From: a virus | DNA length: 64,000 bases | Reading direction: 5' to 3' (one strand) | Virus record (IMG/VR): IMGVR_UViG_3300021963_000062 | Span: 33,016-97,015 of that record | Part shown: positions 9,371 through 18,243 of the stretch, piece after piece | How positions within the stretch are numbered: the first letter of the stretch is position 1 | Layout: every line of letters starts with the position of its first letter | The notes under the pieces: model-generated | The model's input: only the letters and a program-made list of their open reading frames with translations | What the model was told of the DNA's origin: nothing | Database searches by the model: none | Position numbers and translations under genes: made by a program

Positions 9371-9399
9371 ATTATAGTGCGATAGTTCATCCTTGTCAA
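9371..9399 (-). promoter_or_regulatory. sigma70 early promoter
   Basis: TTGACA-17bp-TATAAT, exact consensus. Confidence 0.85.
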
Positions 9400-9493
9400 G
9401 GATTTTTTTTCGTTTTTTTGGTGGTCTATAAAGATTTGGCCAGGTATCTCTGATAATTTCCGCCAGTTTGTATGGTGTATCAGAACTAATCAC

Positions 9494-9631
9494 TTATCCG
9501 TAATACTTTGATAGTTTTGGGCAAAGATAAGGTCTTTTGCAAACTTCCCTGAATGGAAGAGTATCTAATACTTCCAATTCTTCATTTGAAAGTTCTCCCC
9601 AACGGAGATGTGCAAGGATATATTTAAACAT
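9494..9631 (-). CDS. small hypothetical protein (45 aa)
   Basis: Read by hand: MFKYILAHLRWGELSNEELEVLDTLPFREVCKRPYLCPKLSKYYG. Confidence 0.4.
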   Translation of the reverse strand: MFKYILAHLRWGELSNEELEVLDTLPFREVCKRPYLCPKLSKYYG

Positions 9632-9896
9632 ATTTTTCTAGCAGTTTTACAATGTTTTGGGTAATGGGTACTCCACCTTCATACTCTTCCAGTTTTTCTC
9701 CGTTTTCGTCAACCGCAATCAACACAGGAGTTGCAGTGACTTTATATTTTCTAGCAAGTTCTAGATTTTCTTGGCCGCATCCCTCATCAAGTAGAACTTC
9801 TTGGATTTGATCCGTTCTTGAATCATTCATGGCTTTAAAATATTTTTTAACCAGAATACAAGGCCCACAATCCGTCTTTGAAAAGATATACAACAT
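9624..9896 (-). CDS. thioredoxin/glutaredoxin-like protein
   Basis: CGPC active site, TATP cis-Pro loop. Confidence 0.85.
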   Translation of the reverse strand: MLYIFSKTDCGPCILVKKYFKAMNDSRTDQIQEVLLDEGCGQENLELARKYKVTATPVLIAVDENGEKLEEYEGGVPITQNIVKLLEKYV

Positions 9897-9920
9897 AAAA
9901 AAAAAAATTTTTTCTTTAAT

Positions 9921-9949
9921 ATTTTACTAAAGTTTTCTTTTTTTGTCAA
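9921..9949 (-). promoter_or_regulatory. sigma70 promoter
   Basis: TTGACA-17bp-TAAAAT. Confidence 0.65.
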
Positions 9950-9968
9950 TTTATAATAATAAATTTAA

Positions 9969-10262
9969 TTATCTTTTAAAAGAGATAAAATATAAAATTC
10001 CAGAATGATATTCTTTTACTCCATAAAAATATCTACATAATGGAAATCGTTGTGATTTACAAATATTTTTCCAAACTCTGTTTTTATATTTTTCATTATA
10101 TTCATAATGATATTTAATTTCTGACTCATGCCATCCTGAATCTTTCATTAATTTTTTAGTAGAAATAATTTCAAAAGCTTCTTCATCAGAAGATGCTATT
10201 AAATTTAGAACCCCATCATATTCAGGAAACCAATAATCAATTATATACAGAAACTTTATCAT
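9969..10262 (-). CDS. hypothetical protein
   Basis: YIIDYWFPEYDG; ATGA coupling at 10259-10262. Confidence 0.55.
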   Translation of the reverse strand: MIKFLYIIDYWFPEYDGVLNLIASSDEEAFEIISTKKLMKDSGWHESEIKYHYEYNEKYKNRVWKNICKSQRFPLCRYFYGVKEYHSGILYFISFKR

Positions 10263-10942
10263 AATTCTTTCCACAAAGATGGATGTGTTTTTGTTTCATT
10301 TAATCCCGTTAGAGTTACTATTATATCTCCAGAAATAGCAATTCTATGGCCCGCTCTCCTTGTATAACTTCTAACAGCATGATTCAACTTTGATGGAAAT
10401 ATAATTATCTTACCTTCTTTTGGATCAATAATGTGATATCTCCTATTATACTTATTCCATTCTGTTACAATATTATTAACGGTAGATATTTCTAATAGTC
10501 CATCAAGATCATTTTGATTTGCAAAACAATTTTCAAAATAAAGTTTATCCGAAGTTTCATCTGCACTAACATAGTATATGAAGGAAAGATCAGAACCAGG
10601 ATGCCAATGAGATCCCAAGGCAGATATCATATCATATCTGTTTTCATTTATATCCACTTGTTCTTCCGGTTCATCAAATTTACGAATTATCCAAGATCTG
10701 AATACATGATATGATAACTTAGTATAATCGATTCCCAAGGAACAAATATATTGATTAAGATTATCTTTTAATGAAGAAAAAAATGTTTTAAATCTAGGAT
10801 TATTATGTAATAACATAAAGTTTCCATACATTTCATGTTCATAATTATCTAAAGCATCTACACATTCCCCTTTAAACTTTTCATGACAACTTACATCGCC
10901 AATGTATAAACATAATGGAAATAAATCAACTATTTCATACAT
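10259..10942 (-). CDS. putative 2OG-Fe(II) oxygenase
   Basis: HWH, LSFIYY, P.EG.IIIFPSKLNHAV and RIAISG motifs. Confidence 0.75.
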   Translation of the reverse strand: MYEIVDLFPLCLYIGDVSCHEKFKGECVDALDNYEHEMYGNFMLLHNNPRFKTFFSSLKDNLNQYICSLGIDYTKLSYHVFRSWIIRKFDEPEEQVDINENRYDMISALGSHWHPGSDLSFIYYVSADETSDKLYFENCFANQNDLDGLLEISTVNNIVTEWNKYNRRYHIIDPKEGKIIIFPSKLNHAVRSYTRRAGHRIAISGDIIVTLTGLNETKTHPSLWKEL

Positions 10943-10984
10943 ATTACTCTACCAATTATGAATAAAAAATTATTTATTGATCAC

Positions 10985-11006
10985 AAAAAAGACCCTTTCG
11001 GGTCTT
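10985..11006 (-). terminator. intrinsic terminator after psbD
   Basis: AAGACCC-GAAA-GGGTCTT-TTTT. Confidence 0.85.
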
Positions 11007-11013
11007 GTGAAAA

Positions 11014-12075
11014 TCAAAGTGCATTACCCCTTGGAAGTACTTCCTCTGGGAACACGAAGTTCTCATGAGGTTGGTCTACTGGTGCCATCCAAGCACGTAA
11101 ACCTTCGTTGAGCAAGATGTTCTTAGTATAGAAAGTCTCAAACTCCGGGTCTTCGGCCGCACGGATTTCTTGTGAAACGAAATCATATGCACGAAGATTA
11201 AGAGCGAGTCCAATGATACCAATAGAACTAGTCCAAAGACCCATAACGGGAACAAAAAGCATGAAAAAGTGAAGCCAACGCTTATTACTAAAAGCGATTC
11301 CAAAAATCTGAGACCAGAATCTGTTAGCCGTGACCATTGAGTAGGTCTCTTCTTCTTGGGTAGGTTCAAATGCCTTGAAGGTATTTGACTGATCACTGTC
11401 TTCATAAAGTGTATTCTCAACTGTTGCACCATGAATAGCACAGAGCAGTGCTCCTCCTAGTATACCAGCAACTCCCATCATATGGAAGGGGTTGAGTGTC
11501 CAGTTATGGAAACCTTGTAGGAATAGGAGGAACCTAAAAATCGCAGCAACACCAAACGACGGCGCAAAGAACCAAGATGATTGTCCGAGTGGATACATGA
11601 GAAACACACTGACAAAAACAGCAATAGGCCCAGAAAACGCGATAGCATTGTACGGTCTAATTCCTACTAAGCGAGCAATTTCAAACTGACGCAACATAAA
11701 ACCTATAAGACTGAAGGCTCCGTGGAGCGCCACAAAAGTCCAGAGTCCCCCAAGTTGGAACCAGCGGACGATATCTCCCTGAGCCTCAGGGCCCCAGAGA
11801 AGAAGAAGAGAATGACCCATAGAATCTGCTGGAGTACTAACTGCCGCAGTAAGAAAGTTTGCGCCCTCAAGATAACTGGATGCAAGGCCATGAGTGTACC
11901 AACTCGTAACGAAAGTTGTCCCAGTAAGCCAACCACCAAGAGCAAGATAAGCTGTGGGAAAAAGAAGTAATCCAGACCAACCAACAAAAACGAAACGATC
12001 TCTCTTAAGCCAGTCGTCAAGGACATCAAACCACCCCCTTTGTTGAATAGGTTGTTTTAGTGCAGATGAAACCAT
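11014..12075 (-). CDS. psbD: photosystem II D2 protein
   Basis: [16 protein letters not shown]...[10 protein letters not shown]. Confidence 0.99.
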   Translation of the reverse strand: MVSSALKQPIQQRGWFDVLDDWLKRDRFVFVGWSGLLLFPTAYLALGGWLTGTTFVTSWYTHGLASSYLEGANFLTAAVSTPADSMGHSLLLLWGPEAQGDIVRWFQLGGLWTFVALHGAFSLIGFMLRQFEIARLVGIRPYNAIAFSGPIAVFVSVFLMYPLGQSSWFFAPSFGVAAIFRFLLFLQGFHNWTLNPFHMMGVAGILGGALLCAIHGATVENTLYEDSDQSNTFKAFEPTQEEETYSMVTANRFWSQIFGIAFSNKRWLHFFMLFVPVMGLWTSSIGIIGLALNLRAYDFVSQEIRAAEDPEFETFYTKNILLNEGLRAWMAPVDQPHENFVFPEEVLPRGNAL

Positions 12076-12110
12076 TTATATCTCCTTTAAAAAACTTAAC
12101 ATTTTGGATA

Positions 12111-12134
12111 AAAAGAAAGGGGATCTAAGTCCCC
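12111..12134 (-). terminator. terminator between psbA and psbD
   Basis: GGGGA-CTTAGA-TCCCC-TTTCTTTT. Confidence 0.65.
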
Positions 12135-12165
12135 AATCTTCCTTAGTATTCAGTTTTTAGATATA

Positions 12166-13245
12166 TCAACCGATTGCAGGTGCGGTGAGTGCAACAGGAG
12201 TTGACTCAGCAGCAGCGAGGTCAAGAGGGAAGTTGTGAGCATTGCGCTCGTGCATTACCTCCATGCCCAGACCAGCACGGTTCAGAACATCAGCCCAAGT
12301 GTTAATAACTTTACCCTGACTATCAACGATAGACTGGTTAAAATTGAAACCGTTGAGATTGAAAGCCATCGTGGAAACACCAAGAGCGGTGAACCAGATA
12401 CCAACTACAGGCCATGCAGCAAGGAAGAAGTGCAGTGAACGAGAGTTGTTGAACGATGCGTATTGGAAGATGAGACGACCGAAGTAACCGTGAGCGGCTA
12501 CAATGTTGTAGGTCTCTTCTTCTTGTCCGAACTTGTAACCGTAGTTTTGGGACTCGTTTTCTGTTGTCTCACGAACGAGACTAGAGGTGACGAGAGATCC
12601 ATGCATAGCAGAGAAAAGAGAACCACCGAAGACCCCAGCAACTCCCAACATGTGGAAAGGATGCATGAGAATGTTGTGTTCCGCCTGGAAAACAAGCATG
12701 TAGTTGAAAGTTCCCGAAATCCCCAGAGGCATTGCGTCAGAGAAGGATCCTTGACCGAAGGGATAGACCAGAAAAACTGCGCTAGCAGCAGCAACGGGTG
12801 CGCTGTAGGCAACACAAATCCAAGGACGCATACCAAGTCGGTAAGAAAGTTCCCATTCACGGCCCATATAAGCATAGATACCAATTAGGAAGTGGAAGAC
12901 AACAAGTTGGAAAGGCCCACCGTTGTAGAGCCACTCATCTAGGGAAGCAGCTTCCCAGATGGGATAAAAGTGCAGTCCAATCGCGTTGGACGAAGGAATC
13001 ACAGCACCAGAGATGATGTTGTTTCCGTACATGAGTGAACCAGCAACGGGTTCACGGATACCATCAATGTCCACAGGGGGAGCACCGATGAATGCGATGA
13101 TGAAACAAGTCGTAGCAGCAAGCAGGCAAGGAATCATCAGGACTCCAAACCAACCAACATAAAGACGATTGTCGGTGGAAGTAACCCAGTTGCAGAACTG
13201 TTCCCAAGTATTTGATTTTTGTTGACGTGAAATTGTAGCAGTCAT
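12166..13245 (-). CDS. psbA: photosystem II D1 protein, uninterrupted
   Basis: NRLYVGWFG...[13 protein letters not shown], full C-terminal extension. Confidence 0.99.
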   Translation of the reverse strand: MTATISRQQKSNTWEQFCNWVTSTDNRLYVGWFGVLMIPCLLAATTCFIIAFIGAPPVDIDGIREPVAGSLMYGNNIISGAVIPSSNAIGLHFYPIWEAASLDEWLYNGGPFQLVVFHFLIGIYAYMGREWELSYRLGMRPWICVAYSAPVAAASAVFLVYPFGQGSFSDAMPLGISGTFNYMLVFQAEHNILMHPFHMLGVAGVFGGSLFSAMHGSLVTSSLVRETTENESQNYGYKFGQEEETYNIVAAHGYFGRLIFQYASFNNSRSLHFFLAAWPVVGIWFTALGVSTMAFNLNGFNFNQSIVDSQGKVINTWADVLNRAGLGMEVMHERNAHNFPLDLAAAESTPVALTAPAIG

Positions 13246-13249
13246 TTGT

Positions 13250-13368
13250 TTAAAAGGATAGTAAGACCATCAGGGAAATGGTGGAGATACTATGCTCCCC
13301 GCACCCTTAGCGGGGATATGAGAGACGGATTGGTAACCCTGCCTAGTCTCGGTCAAGCGGCAGGGAAT
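13250..13368 (-). ncRNA. PhotoRC-II RNA motif (psbA 5' leader)
   Basis: Hairpins CCCTGCC..GGCAGGG, CCCCGC..GCGGGG and ACCAT..ATGGT; GAGAC/GTCTC pseudoknot; sits upstream of phage psbA. Confidence 0.75.
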
Positions 13369-13410
13369 ACAATGTTACAGAAGATGAAAATCTCTTAACA
13401 TTTGTTTACC

Positions 13411-13444
13411 TATTTATCATACCATGCGGTAAACCGACTGTCAA
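13411..13444 (-). promoter_or_regulatory. psbA promoter: sigma70 with overlapping T4-type late element
   Basis: TTGACA-17bp-TATGAT overlapping ATAAATA. Confidence 0.8.
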
Positions 13445-13447
13445 GCC

Positions 13448-14422
13448 CTATTCGAGGATGTCAAACCAATGGTCAATCATCTCATCAATCATTGATTCAA
13501 AAGTATATTTTGGTTTCCATCCCAAAATATTTCTTACTTCCGATGAATCTCCTCGAAGATAATTAACTTCTTCTTTTCTTAAATATTTTTCATTTTGGAT
13601 AATGTGATCTTTATAGTTTAACCCAAGAGAATTAAAAGTATATTCACATAAATCCCTAACACTTCTTGTTTGTCCTGTAGATACAACCCAATCTCTGGGC
13701 TCAGGATAATTCAAAATAAGGTGCATTGCTCTTACATAATCATAAGAATGGCCCCAATCCCTATATGAATCCAAATTACCCAATTCCAATTTATCTCTTA
13801 TGCCTAATTTAATTTCTACAGCACCTTTTACAACTTTATTAGTTACAAAGTTTGTTCCTCTTCTTGGTGATTCGTGGTTAAATAAAATTCCATTACAAGC
13901 ATGAAGTTTATATCCTTCACGATAATGTCTAGTTAAATTAAACCCCATTACTTTTGAACATCCATAGGGGCTTACAGGTCTCATAGGAGTTTCAAGTCGT
14001 TGAAAGTTATCATTATCAATACTGTTTCCAAACATTTCAGAGGAACTTGCTTGATAAAACTTTGCATGTGGAACTTTTGTTCTTAAAGCCTCAAGTACAT
14101 TAAGAACTCCTAAAGAATTTGTTTTAATTGTAAATGAAGGTACATCAAAACTAACTCTTACATGACTCATTGCAGCAAGATTATAAACTTCATCTGGTTG
14201 AACCTCTTCAATTATTCTATACAAAGAGTGTTCATCTAATAAGTCTCCATAATGTCCATTAATATGATTGTCAAAAATATGATCAATTCTTTCTGTCTGA
14301 TTTTCAGCAACAGACAATCTACGAACTATTCCATGAACTTCATAACCAAGTTCGATTAAATGTTCGGATAGATAACTTCCATCTTGACCAGTAATGCCAG
14401 TAATTAAAGCAACTTTACTCAT
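13448..14422 (-). CDS. gmd: GDP-mannose 4,6-dehydratase
   Basis: GITGQDGSYL, QASSSEMFG, SPYGCSK, LFNHESPRRG, RDWGH. Confidence 0.95.
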   Translation of the reverse strand: MSKVALITGITGQDGSYLSEHLIELGYEVHGIVRRLSVAENQTERIDHIFDNHINGHYGDLLDEHSLYRIIEEVQPDEVYNLAAMSHVRVSFDVPSFTIKTNSLGVLNVLEALRTKVPHAKFYQASSSEMFGNSIDNDNFQRLETPMRPVSPYGCSKVMGFNLTRHYREGYKLHACNGILFNHESPRRGTNFVTNKVVKGAVEIKLGIRDKLELGNLDSYRDWGHSYDYVRAMHLILNYPEPRDWVVSTGQTRSVRDLCEYTFNSLGLNYKDHIIQNEKYLRKEEVNYLRGDSSEVRNILGWKPKYTFESMIDEMIDHWFDILE

Positions 14423-14829
14423 AAAAATACTTTATCATTTTCAATTCCAGTGTATGGGCCAGTTTTATATTCATAAACAATAGTATCATCCTCAAGAATT
14501 TTATATGTATGACCACCCTCAAATGTCATGGAACAATCACCAGAATTTATTACTTCTTCTGTTAAGAGTTTGCCGTCAATATCATACAAATAAACTCTTA
14601 CAGACCCTTTAATAATAACCCAAGATTCCTGTGCGATTATTTTTTCAGTAGGAGAATCTTTCCAAATATGTTGATGTGGTTTAAAAGTCTTATCTTTTTC
14701 CAATCTAAGAGTAGCCAACTGAAGAAATTGATTCTCTGGAGCAACGTTTGTTCTTTCTACTATGTCGGATACTCTATTAATAATATGAAGTAGTTTCTCT
14801 GGATGTTTTTTAGAATAGATACGTTTCAT
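14419..14829 (-). CDS. WbuC-like cupin metalloprotein
   Basis: PHQH, QESW, GGH and EYKTGPY motifs; likely start MKRIYSK. Confidence 0.65.
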   Translation of the reverse strand: MKRIYSKKHPEKLLHIINRVSDIVERTNVAPENQFLQLATLRLEKDKTFKPHQHIWKDSPTEKIIAQESWVIIKGSVRVYLYDIDGKLLTEEVINSGDCSMTFEGGHTYKILEDDTIVYEYKTGPYTGIENDKVFL

Positions 14830-14878
14830 GCAGAAAAAATAATCACTAATATACATAGTATATCTATCTTACTATAAA

Positions 14879-15718
14879 ATGTCAACCAATCTAATGGATG
14901 TAAAATTAGATATACACATAACACATAATTGCAATTTGACCTGCGAAAGTTGTTCCGATTTCACAAACGTTGGTTTAAATTGGATGATAACTAAAGATGA
15001 ATTTGCATCTTGGATAAAAAACTGGAACAAAAGAATTAGTCCAGATCAACTTGAAATATTAGGTGGAGAACCAACATTACATAAGGATCTAGAAGAATTA
15101 CTGTACATATCAAGAGAATTATGGGGTTCTGAACAAAAAATAACTTTATACACTAATGGTTTTTTCGTACACCTTCATCCAAATTTAGGAAAAGTGTTGA
15201 GAGAAACTAATATAAATCTTGAAGTTTCAATACACAGTATAGAAAAACATTATTTAAAAAAAATAAAAGATAATATTTTATTACTGAAGAAATGGAAATC
15301 TGAAGGTACTGATATTTTTTTCCTTGATTGTTTTAGTGATTGGAGAAAAATATATAAAGGTCATGGTATTTCAATATTGCCTTACGAGGATAATGATCCC
15401 GAGTCCAGTTGGAAAAATTGTTTTACATCTCCATGGAAATGTTTTCAATTATATGAAGGAAATCTTTGGAAATGTCCACCAATAACATATTTAAAAGAAC
15501 TGAATAAAAAACATGAAATTTCTAAAAAATGGGATCCATATTTAAAATATGAACCCCTAAAAGCCGATTGTTCTGATGAAGAATTAATGAAATTTTGGAA
15601 TAGTGAATGTATAGATATATGTGCTATGTGCCCTGCTAAGAAAATCAACATAGAAGTAAGAAGAGATCCTCTAATGAGTGTTTCGGAATTAGAAAAGTAT
15701 TACCAACAAAACACTTAA
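14879..15718 (+). CDS. radical SAM protein
   Basis: CNLTCESC, GGEP, TNG, C-terminal Cys cluster. Confidence 0.9.
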   Translation: MSTNLMDVKLDIHITHNCNLTCESCSDFTNVGLNWMITKDEFASWIKNWNKRISPDQLEILGGEPTLHKDLEELLYISRELWGSEQKITLYTNGFFVHLHPNLGKVLRETNINLEVSIHSIEKHYLKKIKDNILLLKKWKSEGTDIFFLDCFSDWRKIYKGHGISILPYEDNDPESSWKNCFTSPWKCFQLYEGNLWKCPPITYLKELNKKHEISKKWDPYLKYEPLKADCSDEELMKFWNSECIDICAMCPAKKINIEVRRDPLMSVSELEKYYQQNT

Positions 15719-15750
15719 TCGAATATATACTATATCTAAATGAATATAAA

Positions 15751-16665
15751 ATGACTACGAATAAAGATTTAGGCCCCAAAACAACTACTCAAGATCCATG
15801 GATAATTGCTATTCATATAACTCATAATTGCAATTTAACTTGTGATAGTTGTTCAGACATGACTAATATTGGTCTGAACTGGATGATAACTAAAGATGAA
15901 TTTGTATCTTGGATAAAAAATTGGAATGAAAGAATCAAACCAGATCAATTCCATATATTAGGTGGAGAACCAACATTACATAAGGATCTAGAAGAATTCT
16001 TATACCTGGCTCGAGAACTATGGGGCCCAGACCAAGAGATCAGATTGATGAGTAATGGATTTTTTGTAGATCGTCATAAAAATTTAGGAAAAGTTCTTAA
16101 GGAAACTAATACATCAATCGATATTGGCCTCCATAGTAAAGAAAAAGATTACTTAGGTAAACTAAAAGATAATATTATATTGATGAAGAAGTGGAGAAAA
16201 GATGAAGGAACAACAGTAAACTTCATGGACTTCACTGAAGAAGGTTCAGGTTGGAATCCAAGTGGTAGAACTTGGAGAAGAATATACAAAGGTTATGGTG
16301 CATCAATGTTACCTTATGAAGACAATGATCCAGAATCTAGTTGGGAAAATTGTTGGATGGATGGTGCAAGATGTTTCCAATTATATCAAGGAAACCTCTG
16401 GAAGTGTCCACCAATAACATACTTATCAGAGGCAAAGAAAAAATATGGTGATCTACTATCGGAAAAGTGGGATCCATATCTTGCATACGAACCTTTAAAG
16501 CCAGAGTGTTCTGACGAAGAGTTAATGCAATTCTGGAAGAGTGAGTGCCTAAGTATATGTTCCATGTGTCCCGCTAAGCCACATTACATAGATAATCTAA
16601 AAAATCCTCTTATGAGTGTCTCGCAGTCCGAAAAATACTATCAGTCTACAGAACCAGTAACTTGA
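15751..16665 (+). CDS. radical SAM protein, tandem paralog
   Basis: CNLTCDSC, GGEP, WKCPP, CSMCP. Confidence 0.9.
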   Translation: MTTNKDLGPKTTTQDPWIIAIHITHNCNLTCDSCSDMTNIGLNWMITKDEFVSWIKNWNERIKPDQFHILGGEPTLHKDLEEFLYLARELWGPDQEIRLMSNGFFVDRHKNLGKVLKETNTSIDIGLHSKEKDYLGKLKDNIILMKKWRKDEGTTVNFMDFTEEGSGWNPSGRTWRRIYKGYGASMLPYEDNDPESSWENCWMDGARCFQLYQGNLWKCPPITYLSEAKKKYGDLLSEKWDPYLAYEPLKPECSDEELMQFWKSECLSICSMCPAKPHYIDNLKNPLMSVSQSEKYYQSTEPVT

Positions 16666-17147
16666 ATTGCATATCTATCTCTCATACTAAAATTGTAAAA
16701 TGCATGTGGTTGGAATCCTCTCCAACCAAAACAATCTCCAGACTTCCATTTACCGAAACAATCATCTTCAATTTGAATAATTTGTCCAGGAAAACTATCT
16801 TCTAACATCAAAATATATCTAACTATCTTTTCGATTTTAACGTCATATATTTTTGTGTAAGTGGAAAGTGGATCAGTATGTACTGGCAAATATTTTCCTG
16901 GTTTAAATAAATTTACAGCTACAGCAACATTGTTCAGAAAATGAAACTTTGGTTTCACATAATCATGTAAAAAAGTTGGCATAGAACTTGGTTCTTGACA
17001 GTTATATAAAGTCATGTGGTTTTTGTCATGTCCACAACTTATATACTTGTCCACAAGATCATAATCTTTATGGGTTGTGAGAAAATAATCCAAATGATAA
17101 AATTCGGTTACATCCCATTTTGGTTCTATTCTATATCTTAGTGACAT
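16641..17147 (-). CDS. 2OG-Fe(II) oxygenase-like protein
   Basis: PG..LPVHTD...PHA..N....RY..QVTG. Confidence 0.65.
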   Translation of the reverse strand: MSLRYRIEPKWDVTEFYHLDYFLTTHKDYDLVDKYISCGHDKNHMTLYNCQEPSSMPTFLHDYVKPKFHFLNNVAVAVNLFKPGKYLPVHTDPLSTYTKIYDVKIEKIVRYILMLEDSFPGQIIQIEDDCFGKWKSGDCFGWRGFQPHAFYNFSMRDRYAIQVTGSVD

Positions 17148-18241
17148 TATGCTGGGGAAAATTCTAAGTACTTTTGAATTAACTCAAGATCATTTTTATT
17201 CCTCAAAACAAGGTACTCATTGGCAAAGTGTAGTTCTACTCCACATTCTAGAGCTAAATTGAGAATAGTATTTCTCCACTTTTTTTTATCTGGAAGAGAG
17301 AATATACTTAACATAACAATTCCATCTGGTTTTCCCTTAATATAACTTTGAAGATTTGGACACCAATCTAGATACTCATTTTCAAATTGAGAGTCTGAGT
17401 AATTAATTTTGTTTTTTTCACAGTAGTCATCAATAACATTTCTTTGCATAGGCAAAGGAATGTTTTTTGAATATTTACTACTCCAAGAATCGTATGTAAT
17501 AAAATGTCTTCCCGTATTGTCTTCAGAAACATCGGAAAGATAATCTCCAGGAAATCTCAACCAAGCTCCAGGAAGTCTCCTAAGATACGATTCCCCCTCA
17601 ATTAAAATTCTCATATCCATACTTACTCTAGTAATATCGGTATTATTATTCACATTTCCATGCATATGTTCTTGAAAAAACAAATGACATTGGCCATAAT
17701 CAAGAGTAACTGGAAAAGAATGTTTGAGACATTCTTCTTCAAATTTTTCTAGAGACCATCTATTGTTTATACACTGTTTGGTAATTTTCCTAGAAATTTT
17801 TAAGGGAAGTATTTGCATACTATTACTTTCATAACATTTAGTAAAAGGCATCCAAACTGTTCTTAAACCTTTTCCATTTCCAACCCAAATACCCTGGTGA
17901 AAAGCAACTCTACGTGATTTTTTTGATTGATTAGGTTCTACAATTCTTAAAGTTGGATATCGTTGAATTAAATATTTTTTATTATCAATTCTCGATGGAA
18001 TATACTCTTTCATAAATTCATCTACCATTATCATAAATTCTTTTCTAAGTGATGCTTTATGAAAATGTTTTCTAATTAATGGAAGTTCTTCTGAACTAAC
18101 TTGGAGATGAAGTTTTTCTAATTCTGTTACTTCTGGTTTTATTTCTTGAATTACGGAAATAGCCCATTCTCTAAATTTAAATTTAGTACTATCATAATTT
18201 AGAGTTTTATTATCCCATTCCAATTGCGTTTTTGTTATCAT
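17147..18241 (-). CDS. StrG-like 2OG oxygenase fused to a LIC12192-like sporadic carbohydrate cluster domain
   Basis: N-terminal QRYPTLR, FHQG, WMPFT, HGNVNN.TDITRVSMDMR; C-terminal P.PMQR.VI..YC, GIVMLSIFSLP, ELHFANE. Confidence 0.6.
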   Translation of the reverse strand: MITKTQLEWDNKTLNYDSTKFKFREWAISVIQEIKPEVTELEKLHLQVSSEELPLIRKHFHKASLRKEFMIMVDEFMKEYIPSRIDNKKYLIQRYPTLRIVEPNQSKKSRRVAFHQGIWVGNGKGLRTVWMPFTKCYESNSMQILPLKISRKITKQCINNRWSLEKFEEECLKHSFPVTLDYGQCHLFFQEHMHGNVNNNTDITRVSMDMRILIEGESYLRRLPGAWLRFPGDYLSDVSEDNTGRHFITYDSWSSKYSKNIPLPMQRNVIDDYCEKNKINYSDSQFENEYLDWCPNLQSYIKGKPDGIVMLSIFSLPDKKKWRNTILNLALECGVELHFANEYLVLRNKNDLELIQKYLEFSPA

Positions 18242-18243
18242 AT

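Noticed and set aside
11076-13016. Alternative-frame and antisense ORFs within psbD/psbA
   Set aside because: Shadow ORFs of highly conserved genes, with no motifs of their own
12166-13245. Intron or homing endonuclease in or next to psbA
   Set aside because: The ORF is continuous and the psbA-psbD gap is only 90 nt
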